From Narcine bancroftii (Eukaryota): DNA of 64,000 nt. Position 1 is the first letter of the stretch. Each line of letters begins with the position of its first letter. This document shows, piece by piece, positions 21,859 to 34,029 of the stretch. The stretch lies in contig NC_091469.1 in assembly GCF_036971445.1 (NCBI RefSeq), positions 154,070,001 to 154,134,000 of the forward strand, in the 5' to 3' direction. The translations under genes were made by a program, and so were the position numbers. Below the pieces are notes generated by a model. It had not been told where the DNA came from, did no database searches, and saw nothing but the letters and a program-made list of their open reading frames with translations.

Positions 21859-24800
21859 TGTAGTGGGCCAACCAACTGCATGATTAGATGGGCCGAATCT
21901 CTGCCCCAGTCTTCTGACTCAAAATGGCATGGGTCCCCCTTCACCCTTCACTCCAGAGCAGAAGCCCGTGGTAAACGACACGTGTTGTTCAGGGGACATC
22001 ACTGTTTCCGGGTCAGCGAGTGACATCGCGACACACTGACATCACTTCCGGAAGCCAGCACACATGTCAAAGGAAGTGGGTCTTTCCCTGCGCGCAGCGC
22101 GAGAAATTCAAACAATAAAGTCAGTTACTGGATCACCCTCACATTCTGTGGACGTCTCCTGACCCCGACGGTTCGAACACAACAGAATGCAGGATGCTGC
22201 TACCACTACAGTCGCAACGGCTGTGACCAACGTGGTGGGTGTGCATCTGCCGCCCTTCTGGACAAACCAGCCCAGGAATTGGCTGCAACTGGCAGAATCA
22301 CACTTCCACATCAGAGGCATTGTCTCAAAGGGCACCAAGTTCTGGGACGTCGTCAGTGCCCTGGACGCTGCCACTGCAGCCAAAGTAAGCTCCTTCGTGG
22401 AAAATCTCCCATGGAGTGTATGTACGAGCAATTCTAGCGTTTCCTCGATTCTCTGGAACTCAGCCGGAACGAACGTGCCATTCGCATCCTAAATATGCAA
22501 GGCCTGGGCGATAGGAAATGCTCCAAACTCATGCATGAAATGGTGGCCCTAGCGGACTGTTTCCTTTTCGAGGCCCTGTTCCTCTCCAGTCTGCCGGTAC
22601 ACACTTCCTTGGCAGTTTCTGATGCCCCACGCCTGGTAGCCAAGGAAGCAGACAGACTTTTCTGTACCCCGCAACAGAGCTCGATCCACACACAGCCCAC
22701 CTATGTCGTTGGTGCCGCTGCTTCAGCACCTCTGCCGGGCACCCCAGCAGTAGCAACGGCCCAACCACAACACAACGAGCGGCAAGACAAAGCGAGCGAA
22801 TACTGCTTCTCCACTGCAGATGGGGCCAAAATGCCTGGCGGTGTACCCCCCGTGCTCCTACCCCACCGCCAAACCAAACACGACAATGGGAAATGGGTAG
22901 GCCGGCCGTTGATGGTGGTTTCAGTGGCTGGCGCACATAAAGGCCTACTCAACCTCGGGGACCAGCGGACAAAGAGGAATTTCCTAATCTATCTCGTCCC
23001 ACCGACGTATTTCGAGACCAAGCACAACCCCAAGGGCCTCCCTCTACAAGCAGCCAACAACTCCTCCATACCAAGTTACTGCACCCGACTGGTCACAATC
23101 CACATTGCGGACACTTTTCCAGTGGACGTGCACCATTGCGGCCGTGGGACAGGCCTTACTCGGAGCAGATTTCCTCCAGGCACATGATCTTTTGATGGAC
23201 GTGACCAGATGCCGTTCAGTGGATGCTACCATGTTCCATTCGTACCCCCTTACTCTATGGCAATGTCCTTTTATGCCGTTGGGTATCCGTGCTTTGGACC
23301 GAAATGAGTATGCCCGCCTATTGGCCAGGTACCTGGCCCTACTGGTGTCCAATTTCCATGACGCCAGACTGCCACATGGCGTTGAGCACCACATTGAGAC
23401 CACCAAGCCTCCAGTGTACACACAGGCTTAGCATCTCCCACAAGACAAACTCCAGTAAGCCAAGACTGAGTTTGCTGCCATGGAGGAGCTGGGGATCGTC
23501 AGCCGTTCAAACAGCCATTCGGCCTCCCAACTGCACATGGCATAGAAGAGATCTGGCAGCTGATGCCCATACGGCTACTACATGTGACTAAATGACGTTA
23601 CAGTCCCAGATAGGTACCCTATCTCACACATCCAGGACTTCGCCACGAGGCTCCAGGGCTGCTGGATCTTTTCCAAGGTGGACCTCGTCGAGTGGTACTA
23701 CCAGATTCCAGTGTATCCTGAAAATGGCCTTTTCGAGTTCCTTTGGATGCCTTTCGGACTAAAGAATGCAGCCCAGACATTTCAGCGACCTAATGGACGT
23801 GGTCAGCAGGGACCTCAACTTCATCTTTGTCTACCTCGATGACATCCTCATCGCCAGCCCCGAGGCCATCCTGATTGCCAACACACACACACACAGGATG
23901 CACCTGACTCGCCTTTTTGAACCCAGCGAAGTGCCAGTTTGGCCTCGAGACAATAGATTTCCTGGGATACTGTATCATCCGAGAGGGAGCCAAACCGCTG
24001 TGCTGGACAAGGTAGAAGCCATCCAAAACTTCCCCAAGCCGATCAAAAGCCTGCAAGAATTTCTTGGGATGGTGAACTTTTATTATTGCTTCCTCCCAGG
24101 AGTGGCCACCCTCATGCAGCCCCTGTTCGACCTTTTCAAGCTCAGCGATAAGATGCTCCAGTGGACTCTGGAAAGCCCACCCAGATTCTACCTCCCCCAC
24201 CCCAGCCCCTTACAATAGACGCGTCTGTCAAATCAGTGGGTGCGGTGTTGGAGCAATGGGTCGACGAGCAATGGCGGCCACTAGCCTTCAGCCTTCAGGA
24301 AACCAGAACTCAAGTACAGCACTTTCGACCATGAGCTGTTGGTACTGTACCTGGCAATATGACACCTTTGGTACATGTTAGAAGGAAGGGTTTTCACCGC
24401 CTACACAGACCACAAACCACTCACCTATGCACTCAGCAAGGTCTCAGACCCGTGGTCAGCAAGACAACAGCGCCCCCTCTCCTACATTTCGGAGTACACA
24501 ACGGACATCTGCCAAGTTGTAGGCAAGTCCAATGTGGTGGCCGACGCTTTATCCAGACCCACAATCGCCACCACCTCATTGTTGCTCAGCTGGCCAAGGA
24601 CCAAATGAAGGATGCAGGCATCCAGGCCTACCGGACTGCCATCACCAGCCTGAAGGTTAGCGATTTCTGCCCCTCACTGGGGGGCCCATTGTTATTGTGT
24701 GATGTATCCACAGGTTTCCCCAGACCCATCTACCTGCGACCTGATGACGACGGGTGTTCAACCAAATCCACGACCTGTCCCACCCCTCCATAAGGTCCAT

Positions 24801-25851
24801 GGTCCGCCTGTTGTCCGACTAGTTAACGTGGCACGGCCTCTGCTGCGATGTGACCTTGTGGGCTAAAAGCTGTTTGCGATGCCAACGTGGCAAAGGCTGC
24901 ACTCCAGACTTCGAGCCAGCACAGTGCCGATTTGTGCAAATGGACGTTGTCAGCCCGCTCCCCGTAAGCCAAGGTATACGGTATCTGTTCACAATAATCA
25001 ACCACTTTACCCATTGGCCGAAAGCCATACCCCTACCCACGTGCAACATAGAGACTTTTGCTGGAGCCTTCTTGTCCACTTGGTTTGCACATTTCGGAGT
25101 CCTGACCCATATCACTTTGGTCCGAGGGGCCCAGTTCACTTCTCGCTATGGGCTGATCTAACCAAGTTCTGCAGCAACCAGTTGCACCACGCCATGGCCT
25201 ACCATCCTCAGGCAAACAGCCTGGTCGAGCGTTTCCACTGCCACCTGAGGGCAGACCAAAAAGCTCGACTACAAGGCCTGAATTGGATGGCAAACTCCCA
25301 TGGGTGCTCTTAGGCATTGGCACAGCACCAAAGGAAGACCTACCAGCCTTGTCAGCTGAGGTGGTGTATGACTTCCCACTTAACATCCCTGGGGACATTC
25401 AATTCAACCCCCCCGGCCCACAGCCTAGTTCCCTATGAAGGGCCACTCAAGGTGTTGCAGCCGGACTGTGTCATTTTTACACTGGACATTGGTGGGCACA
25501 GGAGGGCGGCAGCAATTCTTGGGAGGGGTGTAGTGTAGTGGGCCAAGCAATCGTGCGGTTAGATGGGCCGAATCAGCGCCCCAGTCGGCCGACTCAAAAT
25601 GGTGCGGGTACCTCTTCACTCCTGAGGAGAACCCCGCGGTTAACGACTCGTGTTGCCCAGGGGACATCACCAGTTCCGGGTGGCGTACCACCGGTCAGGG
25701 GGTGATGCTGCAACGTGCTGATATCACTTCTGGAAGTTGGTGTTTCCCCGTGCTCAGTGTGAGAAATTCAAACAATAAAGTCAGTTATTGGTTCACCTCG
25801 CACTGTGTATATGTCTCCTGATTCCGTAGCACTGCCATAGCAGACGCTACA
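21859..25851 (+). mobile_element. Two-LTR, decayed Ty3/Gypsy retrotransposon, CsRn1-like clade
   Basis: LTRs 21859-~22162 and 25534-25851 start tgtagtgggccaa; TSD ACAG on both sides; PBS remnant tgaccccgacg (tRNA-Trp type); gag VHLPPFWTNQPRNW; RT VYLDDILIAS; RNase H YTDHKPL/NVVADALSR; integrase AYHPQANSLVERFH; PPT gggagggg. Confidence 0.95.
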
Positions 25852-25859
25852 ACAGCACA

Positions 25860-26510
25860 ATTTCCCTCCACCCTATGGGTCATGGCTCCTTCCACAATAT
25901 GGCACATAATAGTGCGGGCAAACAAGGAAGAACATTAGTCCCCCGACTCCCGGGAAAAATTAATTAATTACACATTGGGAAATAATAAATCACCCACTGC
26001 TTCAAGGTCCACATTAACTTGATCATCATTAATTAAAGATGTTTCCATCTGGGTTTCTGGCATCAACTGAGACTCTTTTTGACAGCTTACAATCTGCTTC
26101 TGCACAGCTTTCTTCGTTGGAATTTGGATCCGCAGCATCTCTCTTTGAACTTCTCGTTGAGGTCTTAAACTCAATAATTCTTGTTGCTCTTCCTTAATAG
26201 TAGGAAGTGGCTTTGCAAATCTTTGAGCTTCTGCTTCATCCATAAAGAACTTGGGTTGACTTTCACCAATAACACTTTCAAAGTAGCTGGACATCTAAAA
26301 GTAAATTTAGAGCCTTTCTTCCAAAGAATCGCCTTCGCTGGATTAAATTGTTTTCTTCTATCCACCACTGCTTTACTTAAATCTGGATAAAAGAAAATTT
26401 TATTTCCATCAATAACCATAGGTCCCATGTTCTGCCTTGCTTTCTGGACTGCCAATCTTATGATGTTCTTTCTATTTTGCAGACATTTAATCAATATAGC
26501 TCTAGGTGGC
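25860..26510 (-). mobile_element. L1/Tx1 ORF1 C-terminal part (same element as 19600-21850)
   Basis: RPNQPPRAILIKCL...GNKIFFYPDLSKAVVDRRKQFNPAK...FTFRCPATLKV, an L1 ORF1p RRM/CTD signature. Confidence 0.85.
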
Positions 26511-26830
26511 TGATTGGGTCTAGTGATCACAACTCTATTAGTTTTAGGGTAGTTTTAGGGAAGAGCAAAGAAGGGCCTAAAGTTGAGGATCGGGATTGGA
26601 GAAAAGCAGATTTTGAAGGAATAAGAAAGGATTTGGGGAGTACTGAGTGGGACATGATTTTTTCAGGAAAGGATGTAAATGAAAACTGGAGAATATTCAA
26701 AAAAGAAATTTTGTGGGTACAGAGTAGATATGTCGCAGTGAGGATCGAAGGAAAGGCTGGAAGTCATAGGGAGGCTTGGTTTTCGAGGAATATTGGAAAT
26801 TTGGTTAGGAGAAGAAGGGAGGTCTAGAAG
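26510..26830 (+). mobile_element. CR1 ORF2 fragment (end of endonuclease)
   Basis: GSSDHNSISF...DWRKADFEGIRKDL. Confidence 0.8.
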
Positions 26831-26834
26831 AGGT

Positions 26835-29800
26835 ATAATTTTGAGAAGTAAGAGTTCTACATCCATTGTGAGAAGTCTGGTAAGCTTTTGGCTAGCTAAT
26901 TGAAAGGAATAAGATTCAGATGAAAGATGGTGCGGAGACTAGTGACCATTTCAAAATAAGTGAATTCTAATCCAGATGATACACATCTAAATCCAATAAA
27001 AATAGTACTTCAGTGTTGGTTATCTGGACCACTTTAATCTGCCGACACTTACTCAGAATAAGTGTATGAGTCTGGAGGCACCTATTTCTCAAGAGTAAAT
27101 ACTTTTTTTGCAATTTCCTCTTTACAATCTGGTAAATCTCCGGAACCAGATGGATATGCTGTTAGATTTTATAAATCCTTTTCCAATGGCTAGTGCCTCA
27201 TTTAAGTTCTGTGTTCAATGGGATTCATTCTTCCATCATCTTTTAATGAAGCTTGTATCTTTTGCAAAAAAAAAAGGAAAGGACCCATCTGAATGTGTTT
27301 CTTATAGGCCTATTTTGTTACTTATGAAGATTTTGTCCATAATATTGGCCCATAGATTGGAGAATATTTTACCATTAATTATTTCTTCAAACTAATTTTA
27401 TTAAGAATTGTTATTCTTATTTTAATATACACAGTTTATTGAATATTTTATATTTACCCTCTACTCCTGCCCCTGAATGTGCTCTTTCTTTAAATGAAGA
27501 GAAAGCTTTTGATCGGGTGGAATGGAGTTATTTATTTGCCACTTTAGAAAAATTTAATTTTGGATCATGCTTTATTAAATGGATTAAATTATTATATTTA
27601 TGTCCTACTGCCTCAATTCTTAATAATTCACAGCAATTAAAACCTTTTAATCTTCAATGGGGTACTCGTTAAGGTAGTCCTTTGGTTTTTGTCTTGGTAT
27701 TAGAACCTCTAGTTATTGTTCTTTGTAAATGTAGAGGTTTCATAGGGATATTTAGGAATGGCATTGAACATAAGGTTTCCTTGTATGCAGAGGATCTTTT
27801 GCTTTTTGTATCCAATCCAGATGTTTCTTTACCAAGCATATTAGCTTTATTTTCTCATATTAGTTAGTTCTTTGGGTATCTGCATACAAGTGAACTATTG
27901 CCTTTAAAAGGTTTTATATCAAGATATTCTAATTTCCCTTTTAAGATTGTGAAGGATCAATTTACCTATCTCGCTATTACAATTACTAGGAGTTATAAAC
28001 ACCTTTTGAAGGAAAAATTTCCTGTCTTATTTAATCAAGTTAAATTACTATTATCAAGATGGTCACCTTTATCTATTTTCATGATTGGACATATCAATTC
28101 TATTAAAATTATTATTTTACCTAAATTTTTGTATCTCTTCCGATCCATACCAATTTTCATCCCCAAATCCTTTTTTGATTTGCTTATATCTTCCTACATA
28201 TAGCAAGGAAAACACCCTTGCTTAAATTAAAACTCATCTTTGAAAAGCTAAAAGGAATGATGGATTGGTGTTTCCCAATTTTAGATTTTATTATTGGGCG
28301 GTCAATATACATAATTTGCTTCTTTTGTAACATTTCAGTGAATTAGTTGACTACCCTTCATGGGAAGAAATGGAACTGAATTTTATGAAAAGCACTTCAA
28401 TGTTGGCAATTCTTGGGTCCTTTTTAATCTTTATATAAATTGACTGATAATCTAATAATTAGAAATAGTTTGAGAATATGGGCACAATTTAGAAAGTTCT
28501 TTGAATTTCAGTTTTTCTCTTGCCAGCCCTATTCTATCTAACCATCTTTTTCAACCTTTTACTAGATACTGTTTTAAGGGATTGGCATAGATTAGGTATT
28601 AAATGTTTTAAAGATCTTTTTATTTGAAACAATTTTGCTTCCTTTGAACAATTGGTGGTAAAATTTAACTTGCCAGAAACTCATTTTTATTTAGATATTT
28701 ACAAGTTAGACATTTTGTTCAATCAAAGATCCATGACTTTCTGCGAATTCCCAAAGTAAACGTTCTTGATTTACTTTTTGATTTGCAGCTTTCTCATAAA
28801 GGTTTAATATCTATTACAGAAGAACTCCAATTATCCAAAATGGTCGGGACCACACCTATGTCAAATAAACTTTTTTTTCAGGGAACTGGTCATTTTCTAT
28901 AAACAGTCTAGTAGCAACAGCAAATAATTTGTATCAATGTTAAAACAACAACAGGGTGAGGTTTGAGACTCTGTAATCTGATTAATACGGCCTCCTTTTG
29001 TGCATACCACTGTTTGTTGCAATTTAAAGTGGTCCATAGAATGCATATGTCCAAAGTTGAACTGTCTCATTTAAATTCAGACATAAATCCTCTTTGTGAA
29101 AAATTTAGAATTGTTGATGCTTCATTGATTCACATGTTCTGGACTTGACCTAGTCTATAAGAATTTTGAAAAGACATCTTTCAAACATTATCAATGACTC
29201 TCAAGGTCAAATTAGAACCTTGCCCTTTAATTGTTCTATTTGGATCATTTCAAGAAGATCATGTTTTACTGACGCCAACTCAAAGCCTAATTTTATCTTT
29301 GATAGCCAGACATGCAATTCTGATTTAAATGGGAAGACAGTAGACCACCTATACATATACAATGGCTAAGTGATCATTGTTTTTTCTAAGTATAGAAAAA
29401 ATTAGATATGCTATTAAAGATTTAAATATTAACTTCCATTTAATGGACTATTATCATAACCTAAAGAATTAGAGTTGTTTAGATGCTTTGATGCTGTGCT
29501 GTCTGGTTCCAGGTTGGTGTCACTTGATTCCTGCATGTCATTTTTTAACTTTGCTTAGTGGTAGGGGTTTTGATTTATAAGATTTTCTTTTTTTATTTGT
29601 TTAGGATTTCTTTTTTCTTTAGATTTTGATAATATCATAGATAACTGCTTTGCTCAACTGCAAAATTGCAAGCATTGATAAAATTGCTATAGAAGGAGAA
29701 GAAAAGAAAAGAGAATTGTAAACTTTTAAAATAAAAAATTATACATTTCTTGAAAAGAATTTATAATTTCACCTTTTCTTTCCTTTTTCCTCTCGGGTTT

Positions 29801-29900
29801 TTTGATAATATACTTTGATATACTATTTCCTATGTGCTCTGGATTTTTGAATTGTGTTCAAAAAAGAGTAATGATAATGTATTGACCATTTTTATCTGAT
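26835..29900 (+). mobile_element. Degenerate L1/Tx1 ORF2 and 3' UTR
   Basis: SYRPILLL, KAFDRVEWSYLF, SLYAEDLLL, ILPKFLYLF and IHMFWT motifs; many stops and frameshifts. Confidence 0.9.
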
Positions 29901-31229
29901 ATAACATTATGATGCATGAAAGGAATGTTTTGGTTAATTAAAATAGAGACCTTGGGTTTAGCATTGAAGGGGAAATGAAAAAGTTGCCCTCTCCATTTTG
30001 ACGAGAATTATCAAGCTATGAATATGGTTTCTTGTAAGAAAACAATTTCAGATTTCCTTCGCTTAATTTGATTGTTTAAACCTTTCACATTCCAAGAAAT
30101 AACTTGGATAGGATTACTCATGTTTTTTTAATTAACGTTATGAAGATAACCAGGTATGAATTATCACAAAACTCCAGGTGACCACCTTGAAGCTGTATAG
30201 TAGCAGAGCTTACATAGAACTTAAAGCCATAACAACCTTGTGAACCCAATGCCTTAAACCGAAATGCCCACTCTCCTTCCCAAACAACTAAAATCGGAAG
30301 GTTACTGTTTGGAACAGGAATGAGCCCCAAAAAAGACATTTTAACCCCAAAATTCTTTAAGCTATTATTAATGTTTCCAAAAAATATAAACTTGTATTTA
30401 AAGCTACAACCAAAGTGAAAGTCAAATAAATTAAAGATTCACACTCAGATCTGTAATGCATGTGTATATATGATGTATTCATTCACCCTTTACACGCTCA
30501 GCCATAGAATAAAATGCATGCTTAGTGCATTGATGTCTTGTGTTTCTAAGCAATAAGTATGTGAAATAACAAAAAAGTGTGCCATTAATACTAAAAGAGC
30601 AATGAATGTATATATTTCCATCTACTCCCCATTTAAGTTTGCAGGTTCAGTAGAACAAATAGCCTAATCACATGGCAACTTTAAAGTTTCCCATATATTA
30701 ATTGGACTATGTGTATATATTATTATAACCATTAGCTTTATTTCCCATGATCATCTAATAACCTGAGCGCATAAATACGTAGAACATTTGATGCGCTATT
30801 AATAAGTGCGTGTAGCAAATACAAATCATTATTAAGATAAAATTAATGTATTCAACTTAATACTCTCATCCAAGAAAAAGTAATTAAAGTGCAATAAAAT
30901 TAATAGAAAGAGAAACAAACTTAGATACAATAATCCCCAACTTACGCCCATAATTGGGACCGTCAGGTTGGTTGTAACTCGGATTGGTCATAACTCAGGG
31001 ACCTCGGGAATGGGGAACCACTGTATACCATACTTTTAATACAAAATATGTACTTGTACAGTAGTTTTAATAAAGATTAAAAAAAATTGGTTGTATGTGC
31101 GGGAGGACATATCTCGCGTAGGTCAGAAGTAGAGGACTACTGTAACTTTAAACCAGATTAACAAAAGGGAGAGAGCAGCTGAACTTCACCTAATCAAGAA
31201 AAGAAAACAAAAAGTTTCAAACACCAAAT

Positions 31230-32130
31230 AACAGTTCATGCAAGACTTGATGTTGAAGGCATATCTTCCAAGGATCTTCGTGCTTCTACCAAGTTTAAAA
31301 ACTTCTTGTTTGGAGATGTGCTGGGTATAACAAAGCAGGTTTGAAACCTTTCTTGTACAGTTCAGCCATTACTTCTTTAAATTCTAAATGTAGATTCATC
31401 ACTGCAGGACAAAGATTGTCTACAAATCTGATCTGTTGTTCACGATATTGAAGAGTTCGTTTCTGTCGGGCTTCATGAATTATAATATCTTTTATTTGGT
31501 AGCGATGAAACCGAAGAATAACTGAACGTGTGTTGCATCCCGGATCTGGCTTGGGAATCAAAGGGTGATGTGCTCTGTTGAGCTCAGGCTTAGAATGAAA
31601 GAACTCCTTTCCAAATATTTCCAAAAGTATCTCTGAAAAGAAGTTGGTTAGTTGGTCAGATTCTGTATTTTCAGCCCAGCTCAAAATTTAGATGTTCTGT
31701 CTTCTGCTTCTGCTCTCCAAGTTGCTAACTTTTGAAGTTAATTTAAGTTGCTAGCAGACAGTCCCGAGTAAATTTCCTCTAATTTATCCACACGATCGTT
31801 GAAGGTTTCCAAGTCTCGCTCCACAGACCCCAGACGAACATCAATATCTGATAATGACTCCAAAACATTTTCAAGTGTAAATTTTACTTCAGATTGATTT
31901 TGTTTTACAGTTTCAGTTATCTCCCTTCTATGCTTGTTTAAAGTTTAGAAATGGAGACCATAGGCAGAGTAGCTGTCTCTTCCTCCTTTTTGCTGTTTTT
32001 TTTCCAGCTTTAGCACTCCTCAGAGCAATTTTAAAGCAATTAGCAATGATAATTAACAAGGAGGTGAAGTCTAAAGCACTTTGGTTGAAATGTAGAGATG
32101 TAGAGACTTCAGTGAATGTTCCATGAACGC
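31230..32130 (-). mobile_element. L1/Tx1 ORF1 (decayed)
   Basis: LESRSRRQNI, PELNRAHHPL, RSVILRFHRYQIKD and IRFVDNL motifs. Confidence 0.85.
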
Positions 32131-32596
32131 TGTAATTTCGCTGCCTGGTTCACGACCCAGGAGGAATGGGCTTGTAAAGCTACAAAGTATTTCCTTTACT
32201 GAGGGATGTTTAATCCACACTCACAGTCCCTGGGGCCACCAATGACCAAGGCTGACAGTTTATTGCGGCTAACAGTGTATGTTAGAGTGGCTGAGGGTGG
32301 TTGTAGGATGGTTAAATTTGGATCGTGAATTCTTTGAGATGTGCGACGATCACATGAAAGCACAATCTAAGGGCTCAAAACATGGAAGATGACCTATTCC
32401 ACTGGTGGATGAGTCTCCGATAGGGGACATAATTAGAAGGTAAGGGTGCAGTTATGTAAAGTTTGTAAAATAATGATTTCCTTGCATGAATGTTTTTGAA
32501 AGGGATTGGTTGATGGGGATGGGTGCAGACGTTTAGGTTCTTATATTCAGAATGTCTCAATACAGCAACTGAAAACACTTCTCTTCTTTACTTCAG

Positions 32597-32822
32597 ACTC
32601 TTTGAGATTATTGCAGGAGAGAACAAACAGCAGCTGTTTGAAACATATGATGGTCTGGAAGAGGAAGCCAAAAAACTGCAGCAGGAAGTTGTTTATTTAA
32701 AGGACCAGTTGGGAGCACCCACACACAAGCAGTCTTGCCTTCGATCAGCACTAGAATCTGATGTTGAGAAGCTTCAGAGTGTTCTATATACTGGATCCAA
32801 ACAACTTGTACTTCATTGTGAG
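32597..32822 (+). CDS. HAUS3: HAUS3 coding exon 3
   Basis: (R)LFEIIAGENKQQLFETYDGLEEEAKKLQQ...DVEKLQSVLYTGSKQLVLHCE; acceptor cttcag|, donor GAG|gtgagt; phase matches the previous exon. Confidence 0.93.
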
Positions 32823-33014
32823 GTGAGTTCCTTGTCATCAGGGGGGTTGCTTTGTTATTGTTTTTTCATTCAGAAATTACAACTTACATCCAGGCTTGGA
32901 GTCTATTTCGTATGGGAATAATTTTTTTGTAGCTTAATTTGGCAGAATTCATCTGAATTTGGTATCTTCCTGATAAAATCATTCCTTTTAGAAAAATTGA
33001 CTGTATTTTCCCAG

Positions 33015-33240
33015 TAGGTGGCACTGTTAACGTAGTGGTTAGTGCAACGTTGTAACGCCAGCGACCAGGGTTAGAATCTGGTGCTGTGTCTGTGTGGGTT
33101 TCCTCTGGGATTCATCACACCCTTCAAAAACATATTGGGGATTGTAAGTTAATTGATGTATTTGGTTAGCATGGGCTTGTGGGCTGGGAGAGCCTGTTAC
33201 TGTGCTGTATGACTAAATTTAAAATAAAAAAAAAGTAAAT
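33015..33240 (+). mobile_element. tRNA-derived SINE
   Basis: A-box-like gtagtggttagtgc, B-box-like gggttagaatc and an A-rich tail; relatives at ~37755-37990 and ~59565-59760. Confidence 0.7.
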
Positions 33241-34029
33241 ATTTTGTTTTGCTGTTTTGAAATTTATTTTTCTTTCTTTGCATTTGACCTTTTATTGCCT
33301 GTTTCAGTCATTTTTGAAAGGGTTTCTATTGAAGACTTAATCAGACAAAATGAATTTCAGTCTGAACGTTCCAAGGATTTATGACAGAAATTCCTCATCT
33401 CACTTTAATGTGTGGTCCCTTATTTTGAAAACTCCATCTCGATTTTTTTCCCCAAGGGTAAATCCTGCTCTCATCATCTGCTTTGTAAAGTTCTAGATTC
33501 TAGACTTTCATTAAAATCCTCTCTCATTCTTTTAAATTACAATGAGTACAGGGCCAACGTACTCAAGCTTTCCTCCCTGAATCTACTCCTTTATTCTCAG
33601 GTATTAACCCAGTGAACTTCCTCTGAAGTGTATTCCTTCTTTACAGTACACAGTTCTCCAGAAGTGATCTCAGCAATGTTCTTTTAAACTGCATTCCATT
33701 TAGAATAAAGACCAATTACTTGTACATACGTGCTAACTTTGTGTATAGGGTACCTAGATCCTTGTGTCCACAATCATTTCATAGTTTCTAGCCACCTGAG
33801 TAATCTGCTTTCTTAATATTTTTTACTAAAGTAGAAAGATCTACAATTTCCCACCTTTTGTGTATACTATTGATGGGCTAGGGATGTTGCAGGTAAAGTG
33901 ACATTATATATTATTAATTGAGTGCTCAGTTCAAGGATATTTAAGAGTAGTCTACATTCGTATGTTTGGAGTTGCATTTTTCCAGGATGGGTGAGGATGA
34001 CTGAAGCTCATTAACAGGCAAAAGATTTT

